A stretch of 64,000 nucleotides of DNA from Candidatus Neptunichlamydia sp. (GTDB taxonomy: Bacteria > Chlamydiota > Chlamydiia > Chlamydiales > Simkaniaceae): assembly GCA_965233865.1 (NCBI GenBank), contig OZ247587.1:128001-192000 (forward strand), written 5' to 3'. Below the pieces are notes generated by a model. It saw only the letters and a list, made by a program, of their open reading frames with translations, made no database searches and was not told the origin of the DNA. Of the stretch, positions 21,623 through 32,189 are shown piece by piece (the first letter of the stretch is position 1; each line of letters starts with the position of its first letter). The position numbers and the translations under genes are program-made.

Positions 21623-22414
21623 TTATTTTATGACCATCACGATCCCTGCTGCAAGTAAAATCACAGCAAAGACTTTTTTGAGGACTTTTGTAGGAAGCCG
21701 ATGGGTTAGCCTAGCTCCATAGGGAGCTGCAAAAAATGAGACAACACTAATAATTAAAAAAGCAGGGATGTAAAGAAACCCCAAAGTATCAGGTGCTTTA
21801 GTGGAATGCATTCCAAGAAGAAGGAAAAAGACCGCCCCGCAAAAGGAGATCAAAAAACTGAGCGCAGAGGAAGTTCCTATTGCTTTTTTTATAGGAACTC
21901 CAAAGTGAGAGAGGATAGGAACGTTAACCATTCCGCCCCCGATCCCGAGAAGAGTGGAAAGTGAGGTAACACAGAATGAAATGCCGCTTAGCGGCCAAAA
22001 TGAAGGAAGAGGATGCTTCTTTCTTGTTTTTGAATCAGGTAAAAGAAATCGAATTCCCAAAAGAATTTCAAACACTCCAAAAGAAATCTGAAGAAAGTGA
22101 CTTGAGAGGGCGTTGGCTGCAGTTGCTCCAAGAATTGCTCCCAATAAGACACCGAGGATCATAGGCTTTACGATATGAAAAAGAACCGCCTGTTTTCTAT
22201 GATGAGTATAGCTTCCGGAAAAGGTATTAAAAACCATTGCTGCAAGAGAGGTGCCAATGGCAAGGTGCATGATAGTTCCTTGAGGAATATCTAATTGAGA
22301 AAAAACTAGAACAAAGCAGGGGATCGTGACAATGCCTCCTCCAATACCAAGGAGGCCAGAGAGGACTCCCGCGAGAATCCCGATCACTCCAAAGCTAAGA
22401 ATTTGAAGAATCAT
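21623..22414 (-). CDS. TauE/SafE sulfite exporter family protein
   Basis: Duplicated GLLGIGGG and AIGTS motifs; hydrophobic. Confidence 0.9.
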   Translation of the reverse strand: MILQILSFGVIGILAGVLSGLLGIGGGIVTIPCFVLVFSQLDIPQGTIMHLAIGTSLAAMVFNTFSGSYTHHRKQAVLFHIVKPMILGVLLGAILGATAANALSSHFLQISFGVFEILLGIRFLLPDSKTRKKHPLPSFWPLSGISFCVTSLSTLLGIGGGMVNVPILSHFGVPIKKAIGTSSALSFLISFCGAVFFLLLGMHSTKAPDTLGFLYIPAFLIISVVSFFAAPYGARLTHRLPTKVLKKVFAVILLAAGIVMVIK

Positions 22415-22568
22415 AGATTAATCACACAAACTGCTGAAAGATAATACCCAATAAAGGTGTCTTCAGTAGCAGCTTTATCAACTATTTTCACCTTTGTCTT
22501 CATATTTTAGATGGTATCCTAAATTTTTTTTGGTGCAAAAGTACTTTTAGAGAGACTGTAAGAATAAC

Positions 22569-23553
22569 TGATCTTCCCCCGTTTTTGTAGACATTTTTAA
22601 CATAGACTATTCTTATGTTTTTCTTCAAATTTCACCGGGCTCAAATATCCCAATGTTGAATGCCTTCTCTTATTGTTATAGTAGCATTCTATATAGTTAA
22701 ATATTTTATTTTCAGCAACTTCTGTATCTTTAAAAACTTCAGCTCCTACGCATTCTCTCTTAAGAGAATTGAAAAAACTTTCCATTGAGGCATTGTCATA
22801 GCAACTTCCTTTTCCACTCATGCTTCCAATCATGTTGTTTTTCTTTAGATTTTTATCTATTGCTTCAGAGCCGTATTGTGACCCTTGATCTCTATGAAAT
22901 ATTATCCCTTCTACAGCTCCTCTTCTTGAGACTGCCTGCAGTTCTTTTCTCATATGCTTTTTGATGGAATGTCCAACGATTTTCCTAGAGTAAAGATCCA
23001 TGACTGTACATAAATATGCCCACCCTTTGCCTGTCCTTATATAGGTAATATCGCTGACCCATTTAGCATTCTTTTTCTCTGCCGTAAAATTCTGGTTAAG
23101 CAAGTTCGGCTTCTTCTCTTTTACTACTAACTTCTTTCTTTTTCTTTCTTTGTTTTGCAACTAAATTGTTCTTCTTCATAATGTTAGCAACTCTCTTTTC
23201 ACTACAGTGCACCCCTTTTTCCTTCAGTTCCATAAAAATTATTGGGCTTCCATATCGTTTTTTGTGCTCATAAAAGATCTGTTCTACTTCCTCGGTAAGC
23301 TTCTCTTCTTCTTCCCTTGCCTGCTTCTCAGTCTTAATCAATCGACTATGGTCATGCTTACTGAGCCATACTTTTAGCGTAGAAACATCTATACTCAGAT
23401 CACTTGCTACCTCTTCTATCTTCAGTCCCTCTTCTCTCACTAACTTGACCACATTCCATTTAAATTCATCATTGATTTTTTTCATTTGCTTTTACTCCTC
23501 TTTAAGTTCGAGAAGTCTATATCATAACTGTCCTATTTTTCGGGGGAAGATCA
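22569..23553 (-). mobile_element. IS3-family element, internally deleted and frameshifted
   Basis: IRs TGATCTTCCCCCG (22569) / CGGGGGAAGATCA (23553); orfA-like HTH fused to an orfB start (23096-23485); integrase core WVSDITY, HRDQGSQY and DNASMESFF (22597-23160). Confidence 0.9.
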
Positions 23554-23768
23554 GTTTAGAAAAGTGGCAAAAAATAAGTCAGTCTTCCCTACAGACGAGT
23601 CTCTTTTGAAGATGCTGTATCTGGCTTCTGATGGAATACAAAAGAAACGGACAATGCCTGTAAGGGGCTGGAAAGAAGCCATCTCATATTTTAGGATAGC
23701 TTGCGAAGATAGGATCTCAAAAGGAGTTGAGGCCTAATGACCGTTTACACAGTTTAGATTACACTCCC
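23554..23768 (+). mobile_element. IS256-family 3' remnant
   Basis: Translates FRKVAKNKSVFPTDESLLKMLYLA...MPVRGWKEAI; ends in IS256-type IR TTACACAGTTTAGATTACACTCCC. Confidence 0.8.
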
Positions 23769-24057
23769 TCCATAAATTATGGGTCATTTAGCTGGTCTAT
23801 ATTGTTCTTATTCAAGTTAATTTTTGTCTATGTCAATTTTTGCTTGATCAGTTTTGAAGCTCGTGTTGGTTTTTCATTAATTTTTTAAAATTGTTATTAA
23901 ACATGACTTTATCTAATATTTTTTATTCTATCTCTTATTTAAAAGATCTAAAACCTTCTTCTTTTAGTTGTTCGATATCATCGCACAGATGCTCTAGTAG
24001 AGATTGCAATACTTCGTCTTTATTGTTGGTCAGCCCAGATTCAATCTCTTTGGGTTT

Positions 24058-24600
24058 GATTCCCCGCAGCTTGCTGCGTAAAAGCTGAACAAGTATAGTT
24101 TTTTGGCATGAGTGAATATATTCATAAAAGTCATAATGTCTCAGTTTTGATGTACCACATAGTTTGTCCGGCCAAATACAGGAAAGCGGTATTTGACAAG
24201 AGTGTTGATAAAGAAATTAAGGTCATATGCCTTGAAATTTCAAAGAGATATGAGATAAATTTTTTAGAGATCGGTGTTGATAAGGACCATGTTCACTTTC
24301 TGATACAATCAGTTCCGATGTATAGCCCCAAAAAAACTATTCAGCTAATAAAAAGCATCACGGCAAAAGAGATTTTTTTGAGAAGGCCTGAAGTAAAGAA
24401 GATACTTTGGGGAGGGGAGTTTTGGAGTGATGGATATTTTATAAGTACCGTGGGGAAGCATGGGGACGAGGAGAAAATAGGAAACTACGTCAAAAACCAA
24501 GGAAAAAAAGACTATAAAAGGTTACATCAGCAACTGGATTTTTGGAGCTAAGCAAAACCACCTGACAGATGCCCCGTAGCTCTGCTGCGGGGAGCCTTCA
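24058..24600 (+). mobile_element. tnpA: IS200/IS605-family element with intact TnpA (24108-24551)
   Basis: YHIVCPAKYR, HUH motif DHVH, WSDGY and YVKNQ; subterminal hairpins CCCCGCAGCTTGCTGCG and CCCCGTAGCTCTGCTGCGGGG. Confidence 0.92.
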
Positions 24601-24603
24601 CTA

Positions 24604-24700
24604 TATAGCTAAAGTGACTTAAATTAGTTATTGTCAGTACTCCCTGAAAATCCTATCTATTCCATAGATGGTATAACTAAAACAACTCAATTTAGCTATA
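24604..24700. mobile_element. ~97-bp MITE-like element with IS630-type ends
   Basis: Ends TATAGCTAAAGTGACTTAAATTAGTTAT / ATAACTAAAACAACTCAATTTAGCTATA resemble the ends of the IS630 at 41689-42423. Confidence 0.7.
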
Positions 24701-25090
24701 TATCGAGGTTGCGGGTTGATCGATTTGGGAGCATTCTTCAGTAATCATATTCACATTTAATCCAATGTCTATAAGGACAATAAAAAAGTCAAGATGACTT
24801 GAGGGGATCCACTCGCATAGAACGCCGGAGATTTTTTTGCCGCTGACCATAACGTAATTGATCCACTTTATTTGGAAATGAACAAAAGAAAGTAAAGTAG
24901 AAATTGTTTGGACAGCTAGAAACCCACTGATCTCCATGCAGATCAACACCATGTGTTTGACGGTCTGCTGAAATGATTGCCCATTGATTGGGGGATTCCA
25001 GTAATGGGTCTCCATACTCAATTGCATAGGGTTGCGTTGATTCTATTTCATGAAAGTAAAGGTGCTGAACATCGATGTTTTCTGGGTAGC
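24692..25090 (-). pseudogene. birA: Biotin-protein ligase pseudogene
   Basis: HEIESTQ..ADRQTHG...WVS in one frame and IKWIN..GKKISGVLCE..IGLNVN in another; 3' end cut by the MITE. Confidence 0.75.
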
Positions 25091-25380
25091 ACGGTCCTGA
25101 GAGCATATAAAGAAATCCTAGAAAGGATATTTTGAAATAACTTTGAAACGACAATTCTAAACGCTGATCCCTCACATTTTTTATATAACGAATAGTAGAA
25201 GTAATCGTTAATTTTTCCTAGGAAAACAGCTAGAACCAAGATGAACCTGCAAAGGGCTTGTTTTGATTCAGGAACCAGTCAGAGAATTTTTCGAATGCGC
25301 AATCTTTTTGGACTGGATTTTGAGAGTGATGAACAAGAAATTGTTTACAATGTGAGTCGAACTCAGACCAATTTGTTCAA

Positions 25381-25533
25381 GAGTTCTTCGGCAATATGAG
25401 GCCTACTGAGGAGCTTTTAAAAGGAATGCTCAAAGTAAATCCTGAAGAACGTTTCAGCTCGGAAGAAAGCCTCAGGGAGTTTCAAAGCATTTTCTCTTTG
25501 AAAATGGATAATAAATTTCTTAACAGAACCTAG
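25381..25533 (+). pseudogene. Hanks-type Ser/Thr protein kinase C-terminal remnant
   Basis: Translates EELLKGMLKVNPEERFSSEESL, matching kinase subdomain XI (LL..ML..DP..R.S..E.L); no intact upstream frame. Confidence 0.5.
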
Positions 25534-26948
25534 TCTTCATCCTGGAAAGCAATCGGCTTGTTCCAGCTGGGCTTTTTAAACAGCAAAATGATGAAGGGGG
25601 CTGCGCAAAATAGGATCATCCCAAAAAACAAAAATAGCACATAAAACAGGGGGCTTCCTGTATCCAGTTGATGTGGAGGAAAGAACCCAATAAAGATTGC
25701 TAAGGCTGAACTGGAAAAACCGACACCGGCTGTTAGCCACATCCCAAATTTCCCTCCAGGAATCTTATAAGCTCGATGGACATCGGGTTTTTTATAACGA
25801 AGCCGAATTCCTGCTGCAAACATAATAACGTACATCAAAAGGTACAATTGCGATGTTAGCGCAAGCAAGATCCAAAATGAGCTGTTTACATTGGGCATAA
25901 GCAAGAAAACTACGCCTAGAATTGAAACAATAATGCCTTGAAAAACGAGCATTCCAACAGGCATATTGTGCCTGTTGATCTTGTGCAGGATCGGGGGGAA
26001 GTCCCCGTCCTGGGCTGCTACAAGAAGTCCCTTGCTGGGTCCAGCAGTCCAAGTGCTCATCGCACCAAGTGCTCCAAAGGCTACCATAAAGGCAATGATG
26101 GGCACTGCCCACCCTAGGTTATAGGACCTAAGGAAAAAGGCAATGGCTTCCATTCCCCCTGAAACCAGGCTAATTTTCTTCTCAGGAATGACGATGGCAA
26201 TTGCCAAAGTTCCTAAAATGGATAGGACAATAATGATCGACGCCGATAGCAAGATCGCGCGCGGGAAATTCTTTTGAGGGTTTTTTACGTCTTTAGCATG
26301 GACTGCAGACATCTCCATCCCTGCAAAGCCGAGCAAGACTCCTGCTAAAAGGGCCAGTTGTTGAGGACTTGATAGGTCGGGGAAAAAGGTATTCCAATTA
26401 AAAGCAATATGAGAAGGCTTACCTGCTCCGAGCCAGGCTATTCCGAGTCCAATAATGATCACTCCAGGAATAATCGTTCCTAAAATCACACCTAGCATGC
26501 TGATCCACCCCGACATTTTCATTCCGAGTAAATTGAGGAAGGTTGTTCCCCAAAAGGCACCGAAAATAACGCAGAACATATAGAGGGTGTTGTCTGCTAG
26601 AGAAGGATCAAAACTAAATGCAATCGTTCCTGCAATAAAGGACAAAATTGTGGGGTACCAGACGACGTTTTCAATCCAAAGGAGCCAACCAGCTAAGAAT
26701 CCCCAGCGGTGACCAAAAGCCTCTCGCACCCAAACATAGACTCCTCCACGCTCCGGCCACCCTGTTGCTAGTTCTGCAGAAACGAGAGAGACGGGGATAA
26801 AAAAGAGGAGGATTGAAACAATGAAGTAAAATAGAGAGGAGAAGCCATAGACGGCCGTGAGCGGCCAGTTTTTGATGCTACAAATGGCTGCAACATTGAT
26901 CATAGCGAGAAAGAAAATATTGAGCGTTCTTCTAGAGCTTTTCGTCAT
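25530..26948 (-). CDS. APC-family amino acid antiporter (GadC-like)
   Basis: LVSAELATGWPERGGVYVWVREAFG and FAGMEMSAVH motifs. Confidence 0.88.
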   Translation of the reverse strand: MTKSSRRTLNIFFLAMINVAAICSIKNWPLTAVYGFSSLFYFIVSILLFFIPVSLVSAELATGWPERGGVYVWVREAFGHRWGFLAGWLLWIENVVWYPTILSFIAGTIAFSFDPSLADNTLYMFCVIFGAFWGTTFLNLLGMKMSGWISMLGVILGTIIPGVIIIGLGIAWLGAGKPSHIAFNWNTFFPDLSSPQQLALLAGVLLGFAGMEMSAVHAKDVKNPQKNFPRAILLSASIIIVLSILGTLAIAIVIPEKKISLVSGGMEAIAFFLRSYNLGWAVPIIAFMVAFGALGAMSTWTAGPSKGLLVAAQDGDFPPILHKINRHNMPVGMLVFQGIIVSILGVVFLLMPNVNSSFWILLALTSQLYLLMYVIMFAAGIRLRYKKPDVHRAYKIPGGKFGMWLTAGVGFSSSALAIFIGFFPPHQLDTGSPLFYVLFLFFGMILFCAAPFIILLFKKPSWNKPIAFQDED

Positions 26949-26997
26949 AACAATTTTTCTTTATTGATATTCAAAGGTCCCTTATAACACAGTCCAT

Positions 26998-28074
26998 ATG
27001 ATCTTGAAAACGAAAACTGTTATTTTTGCGCTACTTTGTTTCCCTATGGCGTTATTTGGGGATATTCAAAAATCTATTGAAGAGCGGGTAGAAACCTATC
27101 ACAATGAGCATGCGATTGTAGGAATGGCTGTTGTGGTCATTGGTCGAGACAACCACCAAAAATTTCAGCAAATCGTTACGAAAGGAAAACTCTCTCTGAA
27201 AACACCTATCCCTATTAATGCCTTCACTGAGTTTCGCATAGGTCCCTTAACCCAAATCGTAACAGCTGGAACTCTTACTTATCTTGTCCAAGAAGGTCAG
27301 CTGAGTCTCAACGATCCCATTTCTAAATTTCTTCCAAAATCGATGACGCTTCCTAGCTACAAGGGGAAAGAAATTACTCTCGGTGATCTTGCGACCCACA
27401 CTTCAGGTCTTCCTGATATGCCCTACTCTCTCACCAGCCGCTCCAATTTTAGCCTGAGCCAAATGTATCGATTCCTCTCTAAATATGAGCTTCTCAGAGA
27501 ACCTGGTTCTAAGTACGAGTACTCCAATTTTGGCTATGCCTTCTTAGCAAATATTCTCTCTCGGATTGCCAAAAGATCTTATCCTGAACTGGCCGCTCAG
27601 CTCATCATGCATCCATTAGGGATTAACGATACGGCCTTCACTCTTTCTGCCGAGCAAAAAAAGAGGCTTGCCACAGGCTACGAAAACGGTAGGGGAATAT
27701 CGCCTCTTCAAAGCGAAAAAATTTACTCGGTATTTATTGGCTCAGGAGGACTTTATTCCACTCCGAAGGATATGTTGACCTTTCTCTCTTTTAATTTGGG
27801 AGAAGAGAAAACGAGCCTCAACGCGATTCTTCCCCTCATGCAAACCTCCTACCATTCGTTTAAAGGCTTTGACACGGGCCTTGGTTGGAAAATCAGCTCC
27901 TTCCCAAATACCCAGGCGAATTTCTACCATCTAAGTGGAGCGCTTTTTGGATTCGGAATGTTTATGGGTTTTATTCCTGATCATGGTGTCGGGGTAATTA
28001 TCCTAACAAACCAAGGGGATCACGACCCTACCCAACTTGGGGAAGAAATCCTTAAAATCATGAGTGATTTATGA
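26998..28074 (+). CDS. Beta-lactamase/serine hydrolase family protein with degenerate SxxK motif
   Basis: Signal peptide; LATHTSGLP, YEYSN and GGLYST motifs; FRIGPLTQ where FxIGSxSK is expected. Confidence 0.85.
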   Translation: MILKTKTVIFALLCFPMALFGDIQKSIEERVETYHNEHAIVGMAVVVIGRDNHQKFQQIVTKGKLSLKTPIPINAFTEFRIGPLTQIVTAGTLTYLVQEGQLSLNDPISKFLPKSMTLPSYKGKEITLGDLATHTSGLPDMPYSLTSRSNFSLSQMYRFLSKYELLREPGSKYEYSNFGYAFLANILSRIAKRSYPELAAQLIMHPLGINDTAFTLSAEQKKRLATGYENGRGISPLQSEKIYSVFIGSGGLYSTPKDMLTFLSFNLGEEKTSLNAILPLMQTSYHSFKGFDTGLGWKISSFPNTQANFYHLSGALFGFGMFMGFIPDHGVGVIILTNQGDHDPTQLGEEILKIMSDL

Positions 28075-28084
28075 TTGCACCTGT

Positions 28085-28155
28085 AATAGTTCATCTATTT
28101 CACATTGATATTTTCTTCGCCGAGATTTTGCTTGCGCCCATTTGTGCTCAATTAA
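28085..28155 (-). mobile_element. IS630 transposase 3' fragment
   Basis: Reverse complement reads IEHKWAQAKSRRRKYQCEIDEL, nearly matching the C-terminus at 42313-42380. Confidence 0.7.
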
Positions 28156-28441
28156 CGCAAGAGTAAAGAAGACTTGTTCCGAGTAATGCCCCTATTGCAT
28201 TTGTCCGCAGTAGAATGATATCTATTTGTCTGTATTCTTCAATGGGTATTTTTTTGAGTACACTCCCTAATATAATTTTACTTTTTGAACCCCCTCTGAG
28301 CTCAAATAATCACATAAGTTATTTATTTTAAAAAACTTAAAATAAATAAACAATTTTTCACAAACGTAAGTTACTTTATATAAATTAGTTATATATTAAA
28401 TTGAAATAATTTATTTTAATTAAATAGTAACTATAAAAATT

Positions 28442-28990
28442 ATGAATGTAATTATGTCATCATCAATATTATTCAGAGCTGGGGCTGCATTATCAACAGC
28501 AGCAACTGGAATAGGCTTAGGTTTAAACACTGTGTATAAAAAATTTCCATCAACAATTGATTCAGAAATGGAAAAAGTGAATAAACTCATGAAAGAAAAA
28601 AGCGAGCATCATATTGGATTTTTTGGAGCACGTGAAGAAGTTGTAAGGAATGTAGATCGTAATCGAGATCTTTATGTTGCACCCTTACCACGTATTTCAC
28701 AGTCCTATGCAAATCAAGATGCAAGAAATAATGGAGATCAACCTTATCTTGGTGTTTTAGTTGCAGATAGAGAACTTGCAGATAATGATTATGGAGTCAA
28801 TCCTGCTAATGTTGATGAGTTTGCAAAGATAGAAGGATTAGATGATACAATTATTTACAGTCTTATTTCAGTAGAGGGTCAAAAAGCTGCAAACGTTAGA
28901 GTAGGACATTTAATTCCTGTAACTCTGCAAAATAATGATACCATTTGGGGACATCTCAATAGATCTTGGTCACATTGGACAGAAAGTTAA
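28442..28990 (+). CDS. Hypothetical protein (AT-rich orphan)
   Basis: 182-aa ORF behind a very AT-rich intergenic region; no motif recognised. Confidence 0.6.
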   Translation: MNVIMSSSILFRAGAALSTAATGIGLGLNTVYKKFPSTIDSEMEKVNKLMKEKSEHHIGFFGAREEVVRNVDRNRDLYVAPLPRISQSYANQDARNNGDQPYLGVLVADRELADNDYGVNPANVDEFAKIEGLDDTIIYSLISVEGQKAANVRVGHLIPVTLQNNDTIWGHLNRSWSHWTES

Positions 28991-29087
28991 TATGTTCTAG
29001 AAATCGATCTTCAGATGATCCCTCGACTTCACATGAGGGATTAATAAACCACATCGTGGAAATCCGCGAGGAATATCCAAGTTTAGT

Positions 29088-29636
29088 TTATCTCTTTATA
29101 GATCTAAAACTAAGAAAATTAGACAATGAATGCGCTACTATTGGCGAAGCAATGCTACCTGTGGCTTCTATAAGCCCATTGAACACTATTCCTGAAGCAA
29201 AAAGAGGGGGACACATGCGTATATTTGCCCTCAAAGAGTTCCTAGAATCGTAATGAATCATGGTAAAAATCACAGAATTTATTGACATTCTTTTTGCCTT
29301 AGAACCCCAGGTCTCTTTTCCGTTTTGTTCGAGGTCGAAATCAATTTGAGTTTGTCTCATAAGCCCTCTAAATACAAACTCTTCTAGAATCGGATATAAA
29401 GCTACCATACGGATCCCCAATAAGGAAGGTTGTCTTAGAGATTGTGAATTGTTTTTTACCCATCCTTGTAGCTCAACACCGGAAAAATAGGAGCTTTTGT
29501 CAACTTTACTAAAATACCATTGATCAGACCTATGAATGAAAAAACCAGCAGATAATCCTGAAAAAAAAGAGTATTTTGGATCACCAAATGTTGCTCAGGG
29601 AAAAAGTCTTTTTTGACTGTCTTGAATGGAATCCAT
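29088..29636 (-). pseudogene. CPBP/Abi (CAAX protease-like) intramembrane metalloprotease, 5' region disrupted
   Basis: EEFVFRG, FTMIH and AHSLSN motifs in 29088-29420; upstream ATG frame hits an early stop. Confidence 0.65.
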
Positions 29637-30119
29637 AACCCTGTATCTATTTTTTAAAGTGAGAGTTGCATGTTTACAGTAGAATTAAAAGGTTTTATCC
29701 TATTTATGGCTATCAGTCAACAACTTATTGACCTGAGTTTGGAGTGTATCAGCGTGAAAACCAAGTAGGTAAATAAATTTTTGATAAAAAAAAGATTTTG
29801 TACATGGCAAAAAATACCTGAAACGCTTACATTGAAGCAATGTGCTCGTTCATAGTTGAACGCATCCGGGTGTTCTCTATCAATTTTTATTGTAGGCCTA
29901 CCCTAATAGTGCGTTTTGGCTCCAATTTCTTAGGCCATTGCTCTCATGCCGTACCAGTTCAGCGCGGGTCGCAGCAAAAAAATATGATACGTTAAGTAAT
30001 TTATATCCAGTATACTATGGAAAACTTGGTTTTTTATTAATAAAATTTTTTAACAACAATCGGTATGCAATGTTTCATTAATTTTGACACTTTTTCTATA
30101 TAGAAGGTATCATTAACGC

Positions 30120-32093
30120 ATGACAATCGTGTGGACCTTTATCTTTCTTATGGCTCTTCCCTCTCTCTGCGTGCGTTTTTCTATTTTGCACAGAAATCAG
30201 CCTGCCCGAATATCTCTTCTCTTCTCCTTTTTCACAGGGATTTGTCAAGACTTTTTTGTTGCTTTTCAGCAGCTTTTTTTATTGGTTTTAATGCAGTCGA
30301 TCCTTCCCGTAGACTCTGTATATTTATTTTGGGTTTTTGTTATTTGTTCATCTTTGCTTCAAATGCATCTTATTTTTGACGCGTTCTTGCATCGGAAAAC
30401 GGCAATCCGAATGGAGGTATCTTTCTTTTCTCTTTTTAACGATGCGCGGTGTTTTTGGGATTCTGCAAAGGAGAAAAAGGTGTGGCGTTTTCTCCCGGGA
30501 GCTTTACTTTTCCTTTCGTTGCCAGTTTATACCTATTGGCATTGTTGGGGGGAGGTGCAAAATCTTACCTTTGAGGTGGAGTGGCTTAAATTCGGGGGTG
30601 TTTTGGCACTTTTTGCAATCCTAGGCCACTCCTTTCTTCCTAAAAAAATGGCTTATGCAACTGACCATATTGTTTTTCAGCATGAGGTGTGGTTTGTCAG
30701 AAAGTTGCTTAGGTTTATAAAGCGAAAAAATGACAGGACCGATTTGAGTTATTTAGTAAGAGCACGGTTTCAAAATGAGAATGAAAAGATGCATGCCCCA
30801 TCTTCTGAATACCCACTATTCAAGTATACGCAGGGTTTCAATGGAAAGAAGGTCTTCGATATAAAAATAGGTGAAGATGAGCGTCCCCATGTGATTTTTC
30901 TTTTTTTAGAATCATTTCGTTCTCATAATGTTGGCGCACTTGGTTCAGAAAGAGGCGTCACGCCCCATTTTGACCGCCTCTCAAAGGAAGGAATTCTATT
31001 TACGGACTTTTATGCTAACTCTGTGAGAACCTCTCGCTCAGTTGTTTCCTCATTATTTGGAATTCCATCCGATGTTGATGGATCTGAAGCGGCAGCACAA
31101 GCAAAAGCTCCCTTTATTGGGATACCTCAACTCATGCAAGAAGCGGGATATCAAACAAGCTACCTTCATAACGGTCCTATAGAATTTGAAAAGCAGGACG
31201 CCTTCTTTGATTTGCATGGATACGATGCAATTCATGGGAGGGATACAATGATAAAGTCTTTTCCAAAAGCGCATAACTCAAGTTGGGGGCTCCCAGATGA
31301 GTGTTTGATGCATTATGCAGCAGATTTTTTTGGTGAACGGCAAGCAGCGCCTCAATTCTTAACGCTCTTTTCAATTACAAACCATCACCCTTGGAACCTT
31401 CCTACCCATTATCAACCTCCAGCCTTTCCTCCTGGAATTTCTCGGACTTATCGAAAGTACCTCAATACGTTTCACTATACCGATGCGTGTTTAGGGCTGC
31501 TCGTTGAATTGCTTGAGGAAAAAGGACTCTTGAAAAATACACTTCTTTTTGTCCTGGGAGACCATGGGTATCCGATGGGAGAGCATAACAACTTTATAGA
31601 ACAGAGATACCTTTATGAAGAGAATATTCGTGTTCCATTAATGGTTTATGGAAAGGGAAGAATTCTTGAACCAAAAAGAATTACAGCCCCATGTAGTCAA
31701 CTTGACTTGGTGCCTACCGTGATGGATATCTTAGGGCTCCATGGTTTTAATTTATCGATTGGCCACTCTCTCATGAGAGAGTGTGGAGAACGTCCGATTT
31801 TCTTTCACAATCCCTATGTGTTTAAAAACTTTGGATGTCGCGTAGGAAAATACAAGTTTGTCTACACAAGAATTTCTCAGGAACTTGAGCTCTATAATTT
31901 GGAAAAGGATCCTGGTGAAAAAGAAAATATCGCTCCACAGAACCCTGAACTAGCGCGTCAGTTTTTGCAGAGTGTAAAAGACTATGAACGCTTATTCCAT
32001 CGTCTATATGCTGAAAAGCGTATTGTTCCCGATGAAAATGAGATGCTTTCTCCTACCCCTATCGAAACTCCAGGTCTAATTATAGATTCTTAG
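30120..32093 (+). CDS. LTA synthase / sulfatase-family membrane protein
   Basis: N-terminal TMs; HVIFLFLESF, SVRTSRS (catalytic Thr), TNHHPW, YTD and GDHG motifs. Confidence 0.88.
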   Translation: MTIVWTFIFLMALPSLCVRFSILHRNQPARISLLFSFFTGICQDFFVAFQQLFLLVLMQSILPVDSVYLFWVFVICSSLLQMHLIFDAFLHRKTAIRMEVSFFSLFNDARCFWDSAKEKKVWRFLPGALLFLSLPVYTYWHCWGEVQNLTFEVEWLKFGGVLALFAILGHSFLPKKMAYATDHIVFQHEVWFVRKLLRFIKRKNDRTDLSYLVRARFQNENEKMHAPSSEYPLFKYTQGFNGKKVFDIKIGEDERPHVIFLFLESFRSHNVGALGSERGVTPHFDRLSKEGILFTDFYANSVRTSRSVVSSLFGIPSDVDGSEAAAQAKAPFIGIPQLMQEAGYQTSYLHNGPIEFEKQDAFFDLHGYDAIHGRDTMIKSFPKAHNSSWGLPDECLMHYAADFFGERQAAPQFLTLFSITNHHPWNLPTHYQPPAFPPGISRTYRKYLNTFHYTDACLGLLVELLEEKGLLKNTLLFVLGDHGYPMGEHNNFIEQRYLYEENIRVPLMVYGKGRILEPKRITAPCSQLDLVPTVMDILGLHGFNLSIGHSLMRECGERPIFFHNPYVFKNFGCRVGKYKFVYTRISQELELYNLEKDPGEKENIAPQNPELARQFLQSVKDYERLFHRLYAEKRIVPDENEMLSPTPIETPGLIIDS

Positions 32094-32189
32094 CTTAATA
32101 ACCTAAGTTTTAAGTATCTCTCAGGGTTGTACTTTTACAGAAGCTTCGCTACACTAAAGTTTTAAGTTATTAGAATTGGAATCAGAATT

